NCBI GenBank assembly: GCA_023645945.1
Contig: JALAIB010000021.1
Span: 1 to 47,621, forward strand
DNA: 47,621 nucleotides
Source: Diploschistes diacapsis
Lineage: Eukaryota
Reading direction: 5' to 3'
Below, piece by piece: positions 36,695-47,621 of the stretch. Positions within the stretch are counted from its first letter, which is position 1, and each line of letters starts with the position of its first letter. The notes beneath the pieces are model-generated. The model did not search any database. It saw only the letters and a list, made by a program, of their open reading frames with translations, and was not told the DNA's origin. The position numbers and the translations under genes were made by a program.

Positions 36695-37494
36695 CGTTGT
36701 CGGTATATATCCAGGACACCGAGGATTCGTGCTTGCTAACCAGGCTACTGTAGTGCTTGAAGAGTCGGCTTTCTAACGGAAGGTGAGTGTGGGGGTTTAT
36801 ATACACGACAGTCTGGCAAGCGCTTGCGAGTGTGGGCTTCGAAGAAGCAGCTCATGCCTCGACAGGAGTGTAATCCAGAGCATCATCATGCAGAGCATGC
36901 CATTCCTGTGCCGTGATGTAGCATCCACATCAAGATGCCTGAGATGCAGCCTTCTCAATCCTAGTGAAGCCGACTTGAAGCGACTCGAAGTGCATAAGTT
37001 GTCCATATATAGAACTGATGAGACGATCGTCCTCTGGAGGAGCAATAGGTGTATAGTGACAACGCTTTTCTATGAACGTTACTTTATTGAGAATAAGATC
37101 TGCGGAGCACATCATCATACCCATTCGCGTGATTTTTTACCTTCCACAAGGCTGTGCAGCATTCAAACATTCTGCTATGCCACCAAGTGACATGCGCTTT
37201 GACCGGTGCTGATACCACTGATAATACTTGATAGCTTTGGGGGCGAGACTAACTTCCTGAGCTCCAGTGACCTCAGACTGGAAAGAACTGGAGTCAGATA
37301 GGTTGCATCCAATTCATGCCTACATCAGCCATGACATCAATAGACAAGACTCTGCCATGTTGTGCCTCTCTTGTGCTGCACGGCGTGGAATGTAGCAGAG
37401 ACCTCAGACGATCATGTCTCCGCGTTATCACCCCTCAAACCCAATCCGTTGACTAGTTCTTTTATAAACTTCCTATCAGAATCGGCTCCTCAAC

Positions 37495-37780
37495 TAGCTC
37501 TAGAATTCTCCCGCCTTATATCACCCTCCATCTCAATCACATCAACCATTGCTCTTGCAACCTCTTCGGGCTCCGTCCCCCTTTACCCCCATCGAACATG
37601 GTGGCTTTCTCCGTCTCCGTGAAATTTGGTTTCCTGACGACTCGCGGCGCAATAGCAACGACGCGAATATTCCGCGCGGACTCGAGAGGAGCGAGGAAGC
37701 GGGTAAATTGGCTGATAGCGGGCTTGAATGCAGTGTATGTGGGCGTGCTCAAGAGGGCAAGCTGTGTTGCGATCAAAAGA
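37495..37780 (-). pseudogene. C-terminal fragment of an SDR (15-PGDH-like)
   Basis: PTYTAFKPAISQFTRFLAPLESARNIRVVAIAPRVV (YxxxK plus IRVVAIAP), then after a frameshift PEEVARAMVDVIE...ILE. No N-terminal Rossmann region was recognised. Confidence 0.65.
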
Positions 37781-39169
37781 TGTAAAGAGGATAGTGCTAG
37801 GAGTCCATGCAGTAAATGCTGCGGCTAATTCTGAAACGTGACCGGAGGCTGTAATGACGGCTTCTGATCGCAAGAGAAAAATGGGCGATAGCAACTTGTG
37901 TCAGGCGAATTGGATGCGATTAGCGCAGCAGCACCACTGACAAGTTCCAAGGCATCTGAGATACGGTGATTTAGAAAATTAAGATATTAACGATCTATTT
38001 ACATTGCCTTCTTTTCTGTAAACGCTATTGGTGGGCAGTTATTTGCATCTCTTCAATCACGCCGTTCCCTCCGCTCTAGTATACTCTTATTATCGCGGAT
38101 ATGCCTTCTCTACAACTGCTTCTGGACGGGTAAACGTGATACCAAACACTCTTACCGGCATTGACGCCCATGACTTTAACAGTGAAGTGATCTTTGGTGT
38201 CTCCTCCTTTTCCGTCAGCCCGACTGCCGTTACCGTGTGGTACGTCCCTATAACAAGCACAGTCAGCAGCGATTACAGGTGACTCATCGACAGCCGATGA
38301 AGAAAGATTTCAATTACCGGATGCGGACGTATGCTTTGTTCCCAAACTTCTTGTCCGCCCAATCACGGACGAAATGCTCGTATTGGGCTTTGAGTGTTCT
38401 TCTGCCTTGCTGGGCCTTGACGCTGTTGCCTTTTTGCTCCAGGGTCTGGGGATCGGTCCAAATGACCGTGGAGCGGATGTCAAGCTCGCGCTTCGCTAGC
38501 TCAAGAGGCGATAGGAGGGAGTGGTCTGGGTGGTCGCGAATATAGACGTTGCCCAGCAGTAATCGCCCGAGTGCACAGCTTGTGTTCCCATGCGTCTCGC
38601 GCATCTAGTTGAGCGCGAGGCTCTTCACGAGCGGCAAGGTTGGCTGTAAATTGGTCATAGAGTGCCTCAGCATAGGGGTTGGCAAGGGGTATTGTCGGCT
38701 AGGCCAGCAATGGCAGGGAAAAGAACGGCGGTAAAACTTCTTGGTAGAGGTTAAGGCAGAGTGACGATTGTATCGATAAATCTGCAAATATGAGGGCTCC
38801 AGAGCCTACTACATTAGTGACCCTGCCCTCGGCCTCTACAACTCCTCTATGCCCCTGGCTACAATTGCACTCAACGCAAAGGACCTCAACCTCGAGATTT
38901 TTCCAAGTCTCACCGGCTGCGGCGCTCCTGTGGGCTTCTACATCGAATGCACCGAGAGGGACAACGCAAGTGTTTCAATATCCTATCCAACTAAAGGGGG
39001 ATATATTCCAACCTACTGAGGTAGTAACAGCCATAGAAGGCAGTAATGTATTTCAAATACCGTTTTGATTGCCACCTTGATGCTTTGATTTACATACAAC
39101 CACCAGAAAAGAGCAAGCAAAGAGACTCCGTAAGCGAAGAGCCACGGCCCAAGCCAAATTCGAGCGCGT

Positions 39170-39912
39170 CAACAACATCGTGAAGGTGGTAGAAGATTAC
39201 AAGCCAGGCCAACTTCTATCCTACATATTATGGCGACTCTCAACGATCGTCACAATACTGTCCGTGCGCTGGGCTTCGGTCGCTTTGCTACGGTGTAGCT
39301 TGCGCGACAAGAAGCCGGACCCGTATACCACCCCCTATTTTCCTTGGGTCTTGGCCTAACCTGGTCCTCACTGGACCCCTCCGCCCTGCTCCAGCCTATC
39401 CATCACCCTTTCCTCTCCTGACTTTGATGAGCCTAATCCTACCTTGCTCCCAAAGGAGGCCTCTCCCTTGCCTCCCCATCCTCATCTCTGTTCTCACCCA
39501 CAGCATCGTCAGCCCTCTAAGCAGAATCTCATCTCCTCTTCTCCCTCTCTTCAGCCTGACCCCGCCCCTGTCTTCCGCCTCGTCTTCTGCTGCGCCCTCC
39601 ACGGCCCCTAAGGCACACACCCCGTCCTCGTCTCCCATCCCCAACGCCTCTCCCTCGAACCACTCCTATACAAGGCCGAACCCTTCAGCTCCTCCCTCCT
39701 TTGGCACCCTCTCTTCACGCGGCGCGTCGTGCGCCAGCCAACGGCCGTCATCGGGTTCCTGCACGCGATTAGGTTCATGTATCGGCATAAAGGCCGATAA
39801 TGTGCTGCTCATTCCGGACCCGGATTGCTTCAAGAGGACTAATGGTCTGCCGGCTGAGATGGGGGACGTAGAAGCGGAAGACATTTTTTTGCGTGGATGG
39901 GAAAGGGATTGA
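39170..39912 (+). pseudogene. Relic of an SRPK/Sky1-like protein kinase
   Basis: Fragments in changing frames: VEDYKPG, LNDRHNTVRALGFGRFATV*LAR (TAG at 39296-39298 in place of Trp), HGPK..HPVLV and IKADNVLL. Confidence 0.7.
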
Positions 39913-40725
39913 GGTTTGACCGGTGGTGAGGGGGCGAGTGCATAGAATTCGCCGGAGCTGGAGTGACTTGTGATGGATTAGGAGGGGGGTAACTTAGGTA
40001 TAGAATGACGAAGAAAGCATAAGGAGGTTCGCAAGAAACGAGAGAAAACGGCTTTTCTTCAGTGCACGCGCGAGAGGGTATCAGACCTCTATGTAACGAG
40101 AAAACACCTACTATGGGCACCTCTACGGATAAGAACCAAGAAGGGCCGTATGGGGAAAACTGTGGCGTTCGCCTGGATCTGCTGATCGAAGAACCCTCAT
40201 GCTATTATCATGCATCTTTGTACATTCGTCGGGCCGAAGTCTATGTACTCTTGCCTCCGGACGGGGTTACTGGATGACCTGTGCCCTTCAAAGTTGCAGC
40301 GGCATCGTTTACGTGCGTGCGTGCGACGTGTATAGGTGGAGCTAAAGGCAGCAAGCCCTCGAGCAGGTGCTCCAGCTTTTCTAACTAAAGGGTTTAGCAA
40401 TGTACTCTTAGTATGTGCCATACCAATACTATAGGTACCATTGGCATCTTCAAATAATTGGAAGAGATAGATGTCCACAACTTAACACTTTATCCTAGTG
40501 ACAAGACACGTGTCGAGCATGTGGGCCACGATCCTCCATCATATCAATTTCGGCTAGTTACCCAAAAACACATGTCGGCGCTGCTGGATCTTCATTCTCC
40601 AGAACTCCTTGGTATCCTAATGCACCAAGAGAAAGGATAGGCCTAAAACGGCCTTTCGGCACCACAATCAGAGAGCTTCTCAATTTTCTTTTTTGAAGCT
40701 CCCAATATCTCCGCAGCTTCATCGG

Positions 40726-40920
40726 TGTCAATAGAGAGAGAGAGAGACGGAGAGAGAAGGGGGAGTTTCAGTACGTACCGTACCGCGAGCCGCCCGAAGA
40801 TACCAGGGCGCATCTCGGAACAGTACTCTAGTACTGTTTCGTAGCTCGTAAGGTCAGGTCGTAAGGGCAAAAAAGAAAAGGGGGGAGTTTCAGTACGACT
40901 CACAAGGAAATACCGTGACA
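40726..40920. mobile_element. 195-bp solo-LTR-like or MITE-like insertion
   Basis: Ends TGTCA...TGACA, flanked by CTTCATC at 40717-40723 and 40921-40927. Internal 17-bp direct repeat GGGGGAGTTTCAGTACG at 40759 and 40881. Confidence 0.6.
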
Positions 40921-41210
40921 CTTCATCTAGTTTATGGTATAGCAGTTTCGGAAGCTCTTTAAACTTTACCGCATAGTATTCCTGGAGAACTTTGGGTATT
41001 TGTACCCCTGTCAGGGTGTCTTTTAAATCCAGATTAATGGTCGCGCCTGGAGAGAATGTAGCTCACTATGAAAGGGTCTTGTACCATTCGCTTATAGTGA
41101 GAATCATCATCATCAGATCATAGTAGCCATTAACCTATGGTGAAGCCAATCTTGGGTATCTAATAATACACGATTATCTCTCCAGTTCCATCCATACCCG
41201 ATCGAGTACA

Positions 41211-43342
41211 TCAATACCCTCGACGTGGTGAGCTGCGCCTGTATCGACGAATGTAATCATCAAACCGTCTTCCTCGAGACATGGGGCTCTGATACGAGCT
41301 TTCTTCCCCACGATACGTTCCATCGCGGTTGTCGTATCCACGGCGCTCCCAGGACCCGCGGTTAAAGCGCGGTGATGGCGCTACTCGGCTGCTGGGACTG
41401 CGACGTGAGTAATCGTTATCAAAGCGCGTCGGGCTTCGTCTATTGGCATTGTCGTTTGGCAGCTTGCGATCATCAACGGTGATGCCGTCTGCGAGGAAAC
41501 CTGTGTTGCGCGGCGCTACCAACCGGTCCTGGTTGGAAACTCGGCGAGAATCGCTAACGTTAGTGATGTTAGTGCGTGGGATCTTCCCCTGCTTCTGGGG
41601 ATCTGGGGAGTGCTCGCGCTTCGTAGGGGTGGTCAACCTTAGAGATCCGAAATCAGGGACCTTGCTCGGATCGAGACGGGGATAGAGGCTCTCTTCTTTC
41701 GCGGCGGCTGCATGTGTGCGAGCACGCATGGATCGCAATGTAGTCTCCTGCATTTCCTCTTCCAAGAGCTCTTCTCGCTGCTTGTCGAGCTCGACAAGCT
41801 TGTGGTGACGGGCAAGGTGGCTTCTACGGAATTCTTCATCGAAGAAGCCCGTAATTTCGAGCCATAACTGTACATCTTCGTCGGCATGGCGCGACGGTAT
41901 CACATTTTCATTAGACCCTAGCGCCATATTATCGGAAGAGGTCAAAGCCCTTTGTTGATTGACGCCAGCTTGATAGCTGCTAGAATCAAGGAAAGGGGCA
42001 CTCCACCTCTGTGGCAGAGGCGCACTTTGAGGAATGTCTGAAGCCCTCCCAACAACTTCATGCTGCCTGTGGATTGACATGGATCGAGGGTCTGGAGCTC
42101 CCCGCACACCTTCATACTGTCTGCTCATTGACAAGGATTGGGGATCTGGAAGCCTCCGAGCACCTTCATGCTTCCTGTTGTTTGACTCGAATTGGGAGTC
42201 TCGTGGTGGTCGATAGTAGTCTGCCTCAGTTCTGGTGAAGATCAAGGGCTTGGGCTTCTCTTTGGTTCGGAGGCCAGAATGTAAGATTTTTGAATCCTCT
42301 CCAAGGTTCCTGGTATGCTGTGTATCTTTCTGCTGGTATATTCAGGCTGTCGATTCAGAAATCTAAAACGAAAGTTGCTGACCTTATCTGCAGGCACATC
42401 TGCTTCTTTCGCTGCTGTCTTGTGTGTGGCGTCGGGCTTTTCAGTGGGATTCTTGTAGATCTCATTCTGGCCAGAAGAAGTTTTCCCCAAGGGCCTTGTA
42501 GCCTGTCCTGTACGATCCTTGACACACTTGTTATTTTCGCTCTGTTTGACCTTTTCGTCCTTGCCAGAGTCAGTGGCAGCTCTAACGTCGGCAATAAGTG
42601 AGTCAATCTCGTCACTAAAAGGCAAATGAGAGCAGGAGTCTAGCAAGATAGATTCGGCGGACTTAGCGTCTTTAGTCCTCCAACCCCCACCAGTGCTAAT
42701 AGTCTTCTTGGATTCTAGAGTGGTTGAAACTGGCGAGCTCTGGATCGGAAGCTGGCTTTCGGTTGCAGATTCTTTTGTAAGAGCTTTGCTCAGCAGGGTC
42801 ACGTTCATTGCTGGGATTTTAAGTTTGCTTGCTACTTGCTTGCTGCCCTGGTCCGGGTGCTTGATGGGAGTCGTGGATTTGTGGAACTTTGATTCGACAA
42901 TCTTTGCTCGTAGAACCGCAGCTCGGTCATTTGCAGCCTTGAGAGCGTTGGAGACCTCCATAGCACGCGCTGTTGGCGGGCTGGAGAGTTCACTAGCATC
43001 CGGGAGGAGTTGATCATTAGAGGCCCTTGCCGTAGAACGTGGCTTAAGCAGTGCTGGATCTTTATCAGTAGTGTCGACTTGCGCTTGCGTAGCTGGCTGC
43101 TCGTTCTTGTTATCTTGGTAAAAATCATCATCACCACTGTCATAACCGGCGTTGTCCTGCTGCACCGGCAGAGCAACCTCGAATCCATTCATTGCGTTTG
43201 ATGGGTTTGAAAAGTTATACGGCAACATAAATTGTCCGTTGGGTTGCATATTTGAAAAACCTGGCAAGGTCCAATCTCCGGGAAAGAAATATTCATTGCT
43301 GAAATCAAAGAGAAATGGCTGGTCGTTGTTGTAGTTGCTCAT
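41211..43342 (-). CDS. Largely disordered protein with a coiled-coil motif and Arg/Ser-rich tail, 2 exons
   Basis: A 50-nt GT-AG intron (42382-42333) fuses the 366-aa and 344-aa ORFs in frame. Ordered motif DVQLWLEITGFFDEEFRRSHLARHHKLVELDKQREELL. Confidence 0.7.
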
Positions 43343-43983
43343 TGTTGCAAGCCCAGAGCTATAAGAGACTCGACTTGATCATGATAGAGATTGAAGAGAG
43401 GTTAAGTGGAAGGAGGTGAGAGATAAGAGTAGAAAACCTGGCACGCAGCAGCAGCTTAGAGAAACCAGTGTTTGCACGTTACCTGCATATATCCATTGAG
43501 GGTCTCTCGGGTGTGGAAGCTACCTCCGTATCACTGGTATAAGTGACTGGAAGGTTACAGACGATTGCTGCTGCCGCACAATAAACATCCCCGTTTTGCC
43601 TGTCAGTAAACCCTAGGCAGGTGACGTCAACCTTTAGACGCACAGTAAAATCTTCAGCCGCATCTCAACAGGTACTGAGATCCGATCTTCAAGGTGTATT
43701 TTCAATAGCAATATGCTGTTGGTAACACAGACAGCTATAGAATGCCCACGTTCCCCTGACATGTTTGAAAGCAGTGCATTGTGTACGTATGCCAGTAAAC
43801 TGCTTATGCCGTTTTCGCTACAGTGACACAGGAGCCTCCCTTTGAGACTTTATTTGCCCTAATACTACCTGCTACTCGCTGACAACTACAACACCTGTGC
43901 GGCGCCTCCAAACCAAGCTCTCATGGTCCATGATCTCTTTCAATCATTTATCCAAGTGATTGCGATGCCGTCGGCGCTGCTCA

Positions 43984-45765
43984 CTATCCAGGATCCTTGT
44001 TCCTCTTGAACCCTAGTAAACGGCGCGTACGCTTCCCGTTCTCCTCCGCCTGCTTCTTCGAGGATCCTGCCTTCCTCGACGATTTTGATCCTCGTCGTCC
44101 TATGTCGGGTGAACGATTTCCCGCGGCATCAGAACTCTGCCTCCCCTCCCGCTTGCTTCCGATGTTCAACCTACCGAGAAATTCTTGAAGGCTGGAAAAT
44201 GAAGGCGATGTTGGCTCTTCTGCAATGGGTGGCGTCGCAAGGGAGCTGCCACTCATGTCTATACCAAGGCCAGGATGGCTTGGAGGATGCTGTCTAGGAC
44301 CGCCGCTGGTGACATTCTCAGCAGACACTGTGGGACCAATCTCGCCGCTACCGTAAACAGTGTGCGGCGGTTCTAACGACAACCCTGAGTTGGCCCGATT
44401 TTCTAGCATTTCTAGACCATGTATGACGTCGGCTGCGTGTATGGAGCCCGGCGCGATCATATGTCCATGGCGCCGACTGCCAAACTTTTGCGAAAAGGTG
44501 CTGGTGAAGCTGCGTGGTGTGTCCGAGCGGTTCTCCTGACGCAGGTCAGAACGAGAAGAGCACATTCGAACCTTCTGGGGAGACATGGACGCCTGGGGGG
44601 CAAGACAATCGACTGAATCGTTCATGGAGCCTCCATACTGCGTCCAACCTTCTGCGATTGCGACCCAGACACCAGTGACGAGCATCAACAATTTGGTATG
44701 TTCCGAGGTGGTGACAGCTCCCTTGGCTGTTGGCTGCAATTCATCAAAGTATGAACCTTGGTTATTCGACTCTGCCGCATTGTATCCGACAGGCGAAGAA
44801 GGGTCGGGGGTCGCTACGGGGGTATCAGGAATCACGAACTGATCTCGCACCTCGATGGCGTTACGGTCTATTGAGCCGACAACGGGATGCCTTCGGCCGC
44901 TAGGATTCATCAGGGCGAATCGGAATTGCTTTTCAGGGGTGGACCGCTGGAGCGGACTTCGGACCTTGAGTATGGACCGACGCTCAGACGAGGGCTTTGG
45001 AACCCATCGAGCCTTGTTGACGTGACCTTCATCATCAGAGTAGCTAAACTCATATCCGCCGTTCGGCATTGGAGCGACGCTCCACTTTTCTTTGCCGACG
45101 TTCAAAAGTACTTCGGGATCGCTTCTGGTGGTGCTGGAGTGAGTTATGGACGCAATGGTCTCCCGTCTGTCCGAGTCTTCGTCCTCTGACATGTCGTCGT
45201 TGGCTTCGCCATCATAGGATTCGCACGTCAGAAACACAAGCTGCTCCTGATGCCCACCGCTTTTCGCATTCAGATCGCGAGAGCTAGCTTTCTTGGAAAG
45301 GTTTCTCGTTATTGGTCGAGAAGCTGCGCGCCTTCTGAAGATTTCCAGAACGGGTGCTGCTCGTCCATTGGCCTCGATTCGGCGAAGTTGCAATACCATG
45401 GGAGACTTCCGCAACGCTCTTCGCTTCGCAACAGGATGAGCAATCTGGTAGACGGTCTTCTTTCTTGCGGCAGAAGGTCGCCTTGGCTCTGTGTCTGTCG
45501 AGTCGCCATCCAAAGCAGCGACTTCGATAGTGCTCGAAGTCGCAGTCGTTGTTCTGACTTGTTCCTGGTCGCTTGATTCTGCATTAGGAGTACCAGCTCC
45601 AGTAAAGGCGAGGAGTCTCTCGTGCAAGTAGTGCAATGGCTGTAAATAAGTATGCGGATACCCTAAATTCTCCGAGCTCATTTCGGAATCATGCTTTGAG
45701 GAGAACTGGTGTCGATGAGATGCAGCAACATCGGCAGGCAGTCCAAGGTTGAAAAGCATTACCAT
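43984..45765 (-). CDS. Hypothetical protein (593 aa)
   Basis: Long uninterrupted ORF with ordered segments (YQIAHP, MVLQLRRI, GGYEFSY, ARWVPK, FRFALMNPSGRRHPVVGSI, LLMLVTGVWVAIAEGW). The start codon is uncertain (alternative ATG at 45681). Confidence 0.75.
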   Translation of the reverse strand: MVMLFNLGLPADVAASHRHQFSSKHDSEMSSENLGYPHTYLQPLHYLHERLLAFTGAGTPNAESSDQEQVRTTTATSSTIEVAALDGDSTDTEPRRPSAARKKTVYQIAHPVAKRRALRKSPMVLQLRRIEANGRAAPVLEIFRRRAASRPITRNLSKKASSRDLNAKSGGHQEQLVFLTCESYDGEANDDMSEDEDSDRRETIASITHSSTTRSDPEVLLNVGKEKWSVAPMPNGGYEFSYSDDEGHVNKARWVPKPSSERRSILKVRSPLQRSTPEKQFRFALMNPSGRRHPVVGSIDRNAIEVRDQFVIPDTPVATPDPSSPVGYNAAESNNQGSYFDELQPTAKGAVTTSEHTKLLMLVTGVWVAIAEGWTQYGGSMNDSVDCLAPQASMSPQKVRMCSSRSDLRQENRSDTPRSFTSTFSQKFGSRRHGHMIAPGSIHAADVIHGLEMLENRANSGLSLEPPHTVYGSGEIGPTVSAENVTSGGPRQHPPSHPGLGIDMSGSSLATPPIAEEPTSPSFSSLQEFLGRLNIGSKREGRQSSDAAGNRSPDIGRRGSKSSRKAGSSKKQAEENGKRTRRLLGFKRNKDPG

Positions 45766-46277
45766 GTCAGTGAGGTTTCCGTAGCGAGTGGCTACGGCTA
45801 CCTATAATATTAGCCTCAAGGCTGTGCCTGCCAGCGTCGAGTTTCCCAAGCGAAGGTAAACAGGGTTGGTAGGTCGCAATAAGTGCTGCGTCAGTTCTTA
45901 TTGAAATTGCTCAAGCCTCTATTATTACGCTGACAAGGTCCGTTGTCAGCGTCATTTTCTCAGGCCATAAGTATCTAGTATGTCCGTACGAAGCAAAGCC
46001 AAATGATTGCGCTTCGTTCCGGGAGCCAACATTGTCCGGCTCGGGGGCTCGTACAGCATCCACTGGTAGATGTAGTTTGTCGATACCAGGGTGATAGTAC
46101 AGTAGACGAGCAGAAAGAGAAAGGTTGCTGCCTGATTAAAGCATAATTTGAGGACATGCGGACTGCTCTCCGTAGTGCATGAAATACCGAGGGGTTTTTC
46201 TTTGTCTTGCAACGGAATCATGTACAGCGATTCAAGAGGCAAGCAAACAATAACGGGATAATTATAGTGAAGACAAA

Positions 46278-46318
46278 GTAGCAGTAGCAGTAGCAGCAGC
46301 AGCAGCAGCAGCAGCAGC
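46278..46318. repeat. Compound (TAGCAG)n(CAG)n microsatellite
   Basis: gtagcagtagcagtagcagcagcagcagcagcagcagcagc. Confidence 0.9.
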
Positions 46319-47192
46319 GATGGTTGGTGGTCTACCAAAGGGCTTTAATCAGCTAAAGTTAGCTATTCCCATATGATAGCTCGAGAGAATGAAATGGCGT
46401 TTTCAGCTCAAGCAAAGTGGTTAACAGGGCTCCTTTCGTGTCGTGTTTCAGCGGGGCGCTGTGCAGCCGAAATGCAGAAATCGGCCCACTTTGGTGCAAG
46501 TGTACGCATTCCATTCCACGGCCAACATGCTGCATTAGCCGCGCACCTGTCGATGCTACACAACACACTCCTCGTTTCTCTTTTGATCCTGGGGTAGAAT
46601 AGATAGATTGTCAGCGTGGGCATGGGGAAAGGAAACCGAGGCTGATCGATGTAAGCGGACTCGGGCTCTTGGGGTCCGACCAGCGCTTCAATTGCCCCGT
46701 TCTATTTTATTAGACAAGCAACCGGTGGCGCAAAGCTGTTGGTGACTGCATGTAGTGCGAGCTGTTTGGCTCCCAGGAACCGCATCATGGAAAAAGAAGA
46801 GAAGAACTCAATCATCCAACAACATTATTCCAGGCACAGGTGTGATTCGATTGCATGGTGTGTTTTTTGTCTAGCTACAGATTTACAAATAAAAGGTATT
46901 CCGCCAAGTCTTTTCGGACTTAGGGCTTAACTCCGTAGTGAAACCACATCCTCCCCTACTAGAATATGAGCGACTCGCTCATTAGTTGCTTTTCATATTC
47001 ACAAAACATTCCTTTTGATCAACTTCTTCTTTATAGATGTACCGTTCTAGTCTATCTATCCCTAATAAGATTAATTAATGTACTTTTTTTCTATCTTTAT
47101 AGTCTATTAACTTTAATTAGAACGTTTTAATACTATAAATAGTAAGATTAATAAACTTTTAACTCTTTAATTCTTTTATAAGAGTTATAGTA

Positions 47193-47621
47193 ACGTGTTT
47201 GACGGTGAGTCCGGCCACCCCCAGAGTCCGGCCACCTCAAATCACTGTTTTCATCTTATATTCGATTTTTCTCAATAATAACTACCTCGTATCGCAATAA
47301 TTCGATTTTAATAAAATTTAATATTAACGATTATTTATAGATCCTAAAATTATAATAATATATTAATATTCGAGAAATTACTCGCGTATTTAAAGTATCT
47401 CGATCGATCATTATTTATCGATTTAATAAAACTTAATTATGCTTTAATAACTATAAAACGACTTAAATCTTCTTAAATTTAAAAAAAAAGATATTAGTAC
47501 GATGGATTACACGTTTTATATAAACTGGCTTTTCTGCATCGTTTACGTTGGTGGTGAATATAATCGAAAAAATTCGACGCGAATATATTCGATTCGGGTC
47601 GAATTTAGAAATTATAATCGC
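47193..47621 (+). mobile_element. 5' end of a pogo/Fot1-type (Tc1/mariner superfamily) DNA transposon, RIP-degraded, truncated by the window edge
   Basis: TA at 47191-47192, then ACGTGTTTGACGGTGAGTCCGGCCACCCCCAGAGTCCGGCCACC with an internal 13-bp direct repeat, as in Tan1/Vader-type TIRs. The downstream AT-rich relic reads IREITRVFKVSRSIIIYRF (HTH-like) and ILVRWITR. Confidence 0.85.

Noticed and set aside
39296..39298. TAG at a Trp position as a candidate A-to-I editing-rescued stop
   Set aside because: The gene also has frameshifts and lost motifs, so editing could not restore it.
40895..40921. SRYFLV resembling the start of a YTH domain (RYFIVK)
   Set aside because: It lies within the LTR-like insertion and the similarity does not extend.
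42242..42245. Overlap of the 366-aa and 344-aa ORFs suggesting a programmed frameshift or operon-like coupling
   Set aside because: A 50-nt GT-AG intron (42382-42333) explains the frame change.
45779..45797. Short hairpin CCGTAGC-GAGTG-GCTACGG just upstream of the 593-aa ORF
   Set aside because: A 7-bp stem is expected by chance in 47 kb and has no further support.
45952..46338. 128-aa ORF with poly-Leu resembling a signal peptide
   Set aside because: The poly-Leu comes from the CAG microsatellite and the rest has no recognisable protein features.
1..47621. tRNA, rRNA, CRISPR arrays or prokaryotic defence systems
   Set aside because: None recognised by eye; the sequence is eukaryotic with spliceosomal introns. 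A tRNAscan-SE/Infernal run would be needed to exclude small RNAs.

Overview
Intron-containing DNA from a filamentous ascomycete (Pezizomycotina-type fungus); the species cannot be determined from the sequence. Dense housekeeping blocks (nucleoporin Nup170/157, AIM41-like YqeY protein, an F-box protein, NOG1, a Cdc25/rhodanese protein, CDC73; then a C-terminal Cys/His-motif protein, mitochondrial Lon PIM1 and an atypical protein kinase) alternate with two accessory tracts (~12.8-22.5 kb and ~32.6-41.1 kb). Each accessory tract has one intact PTH11-like membrane protein next to decayed genes: P450, SDR and FAD-oxidase in the first; SDR, an SRPK-like kinase and a relic ORF carrying a ~195-bp LTR-like insertion in the second. 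The window ends in the terminal repeat and RIP-degraded transposase of a pogo/Fot1-type DNA transposon. No tRNA, rRNA or CRISPR was recognised. I found no unambiguous novel system. The best leads are a hairpin-forming long intron in AIM41, a duplicated DSGLAD motif in the kinase tail, the decayed tailoring-enzyme cluster, two GC-AG introns and an apparently YTH-less homolog of fungal YTH proteins. Gene models and family assignments come from manual reading and recalled motifs, not database searches.
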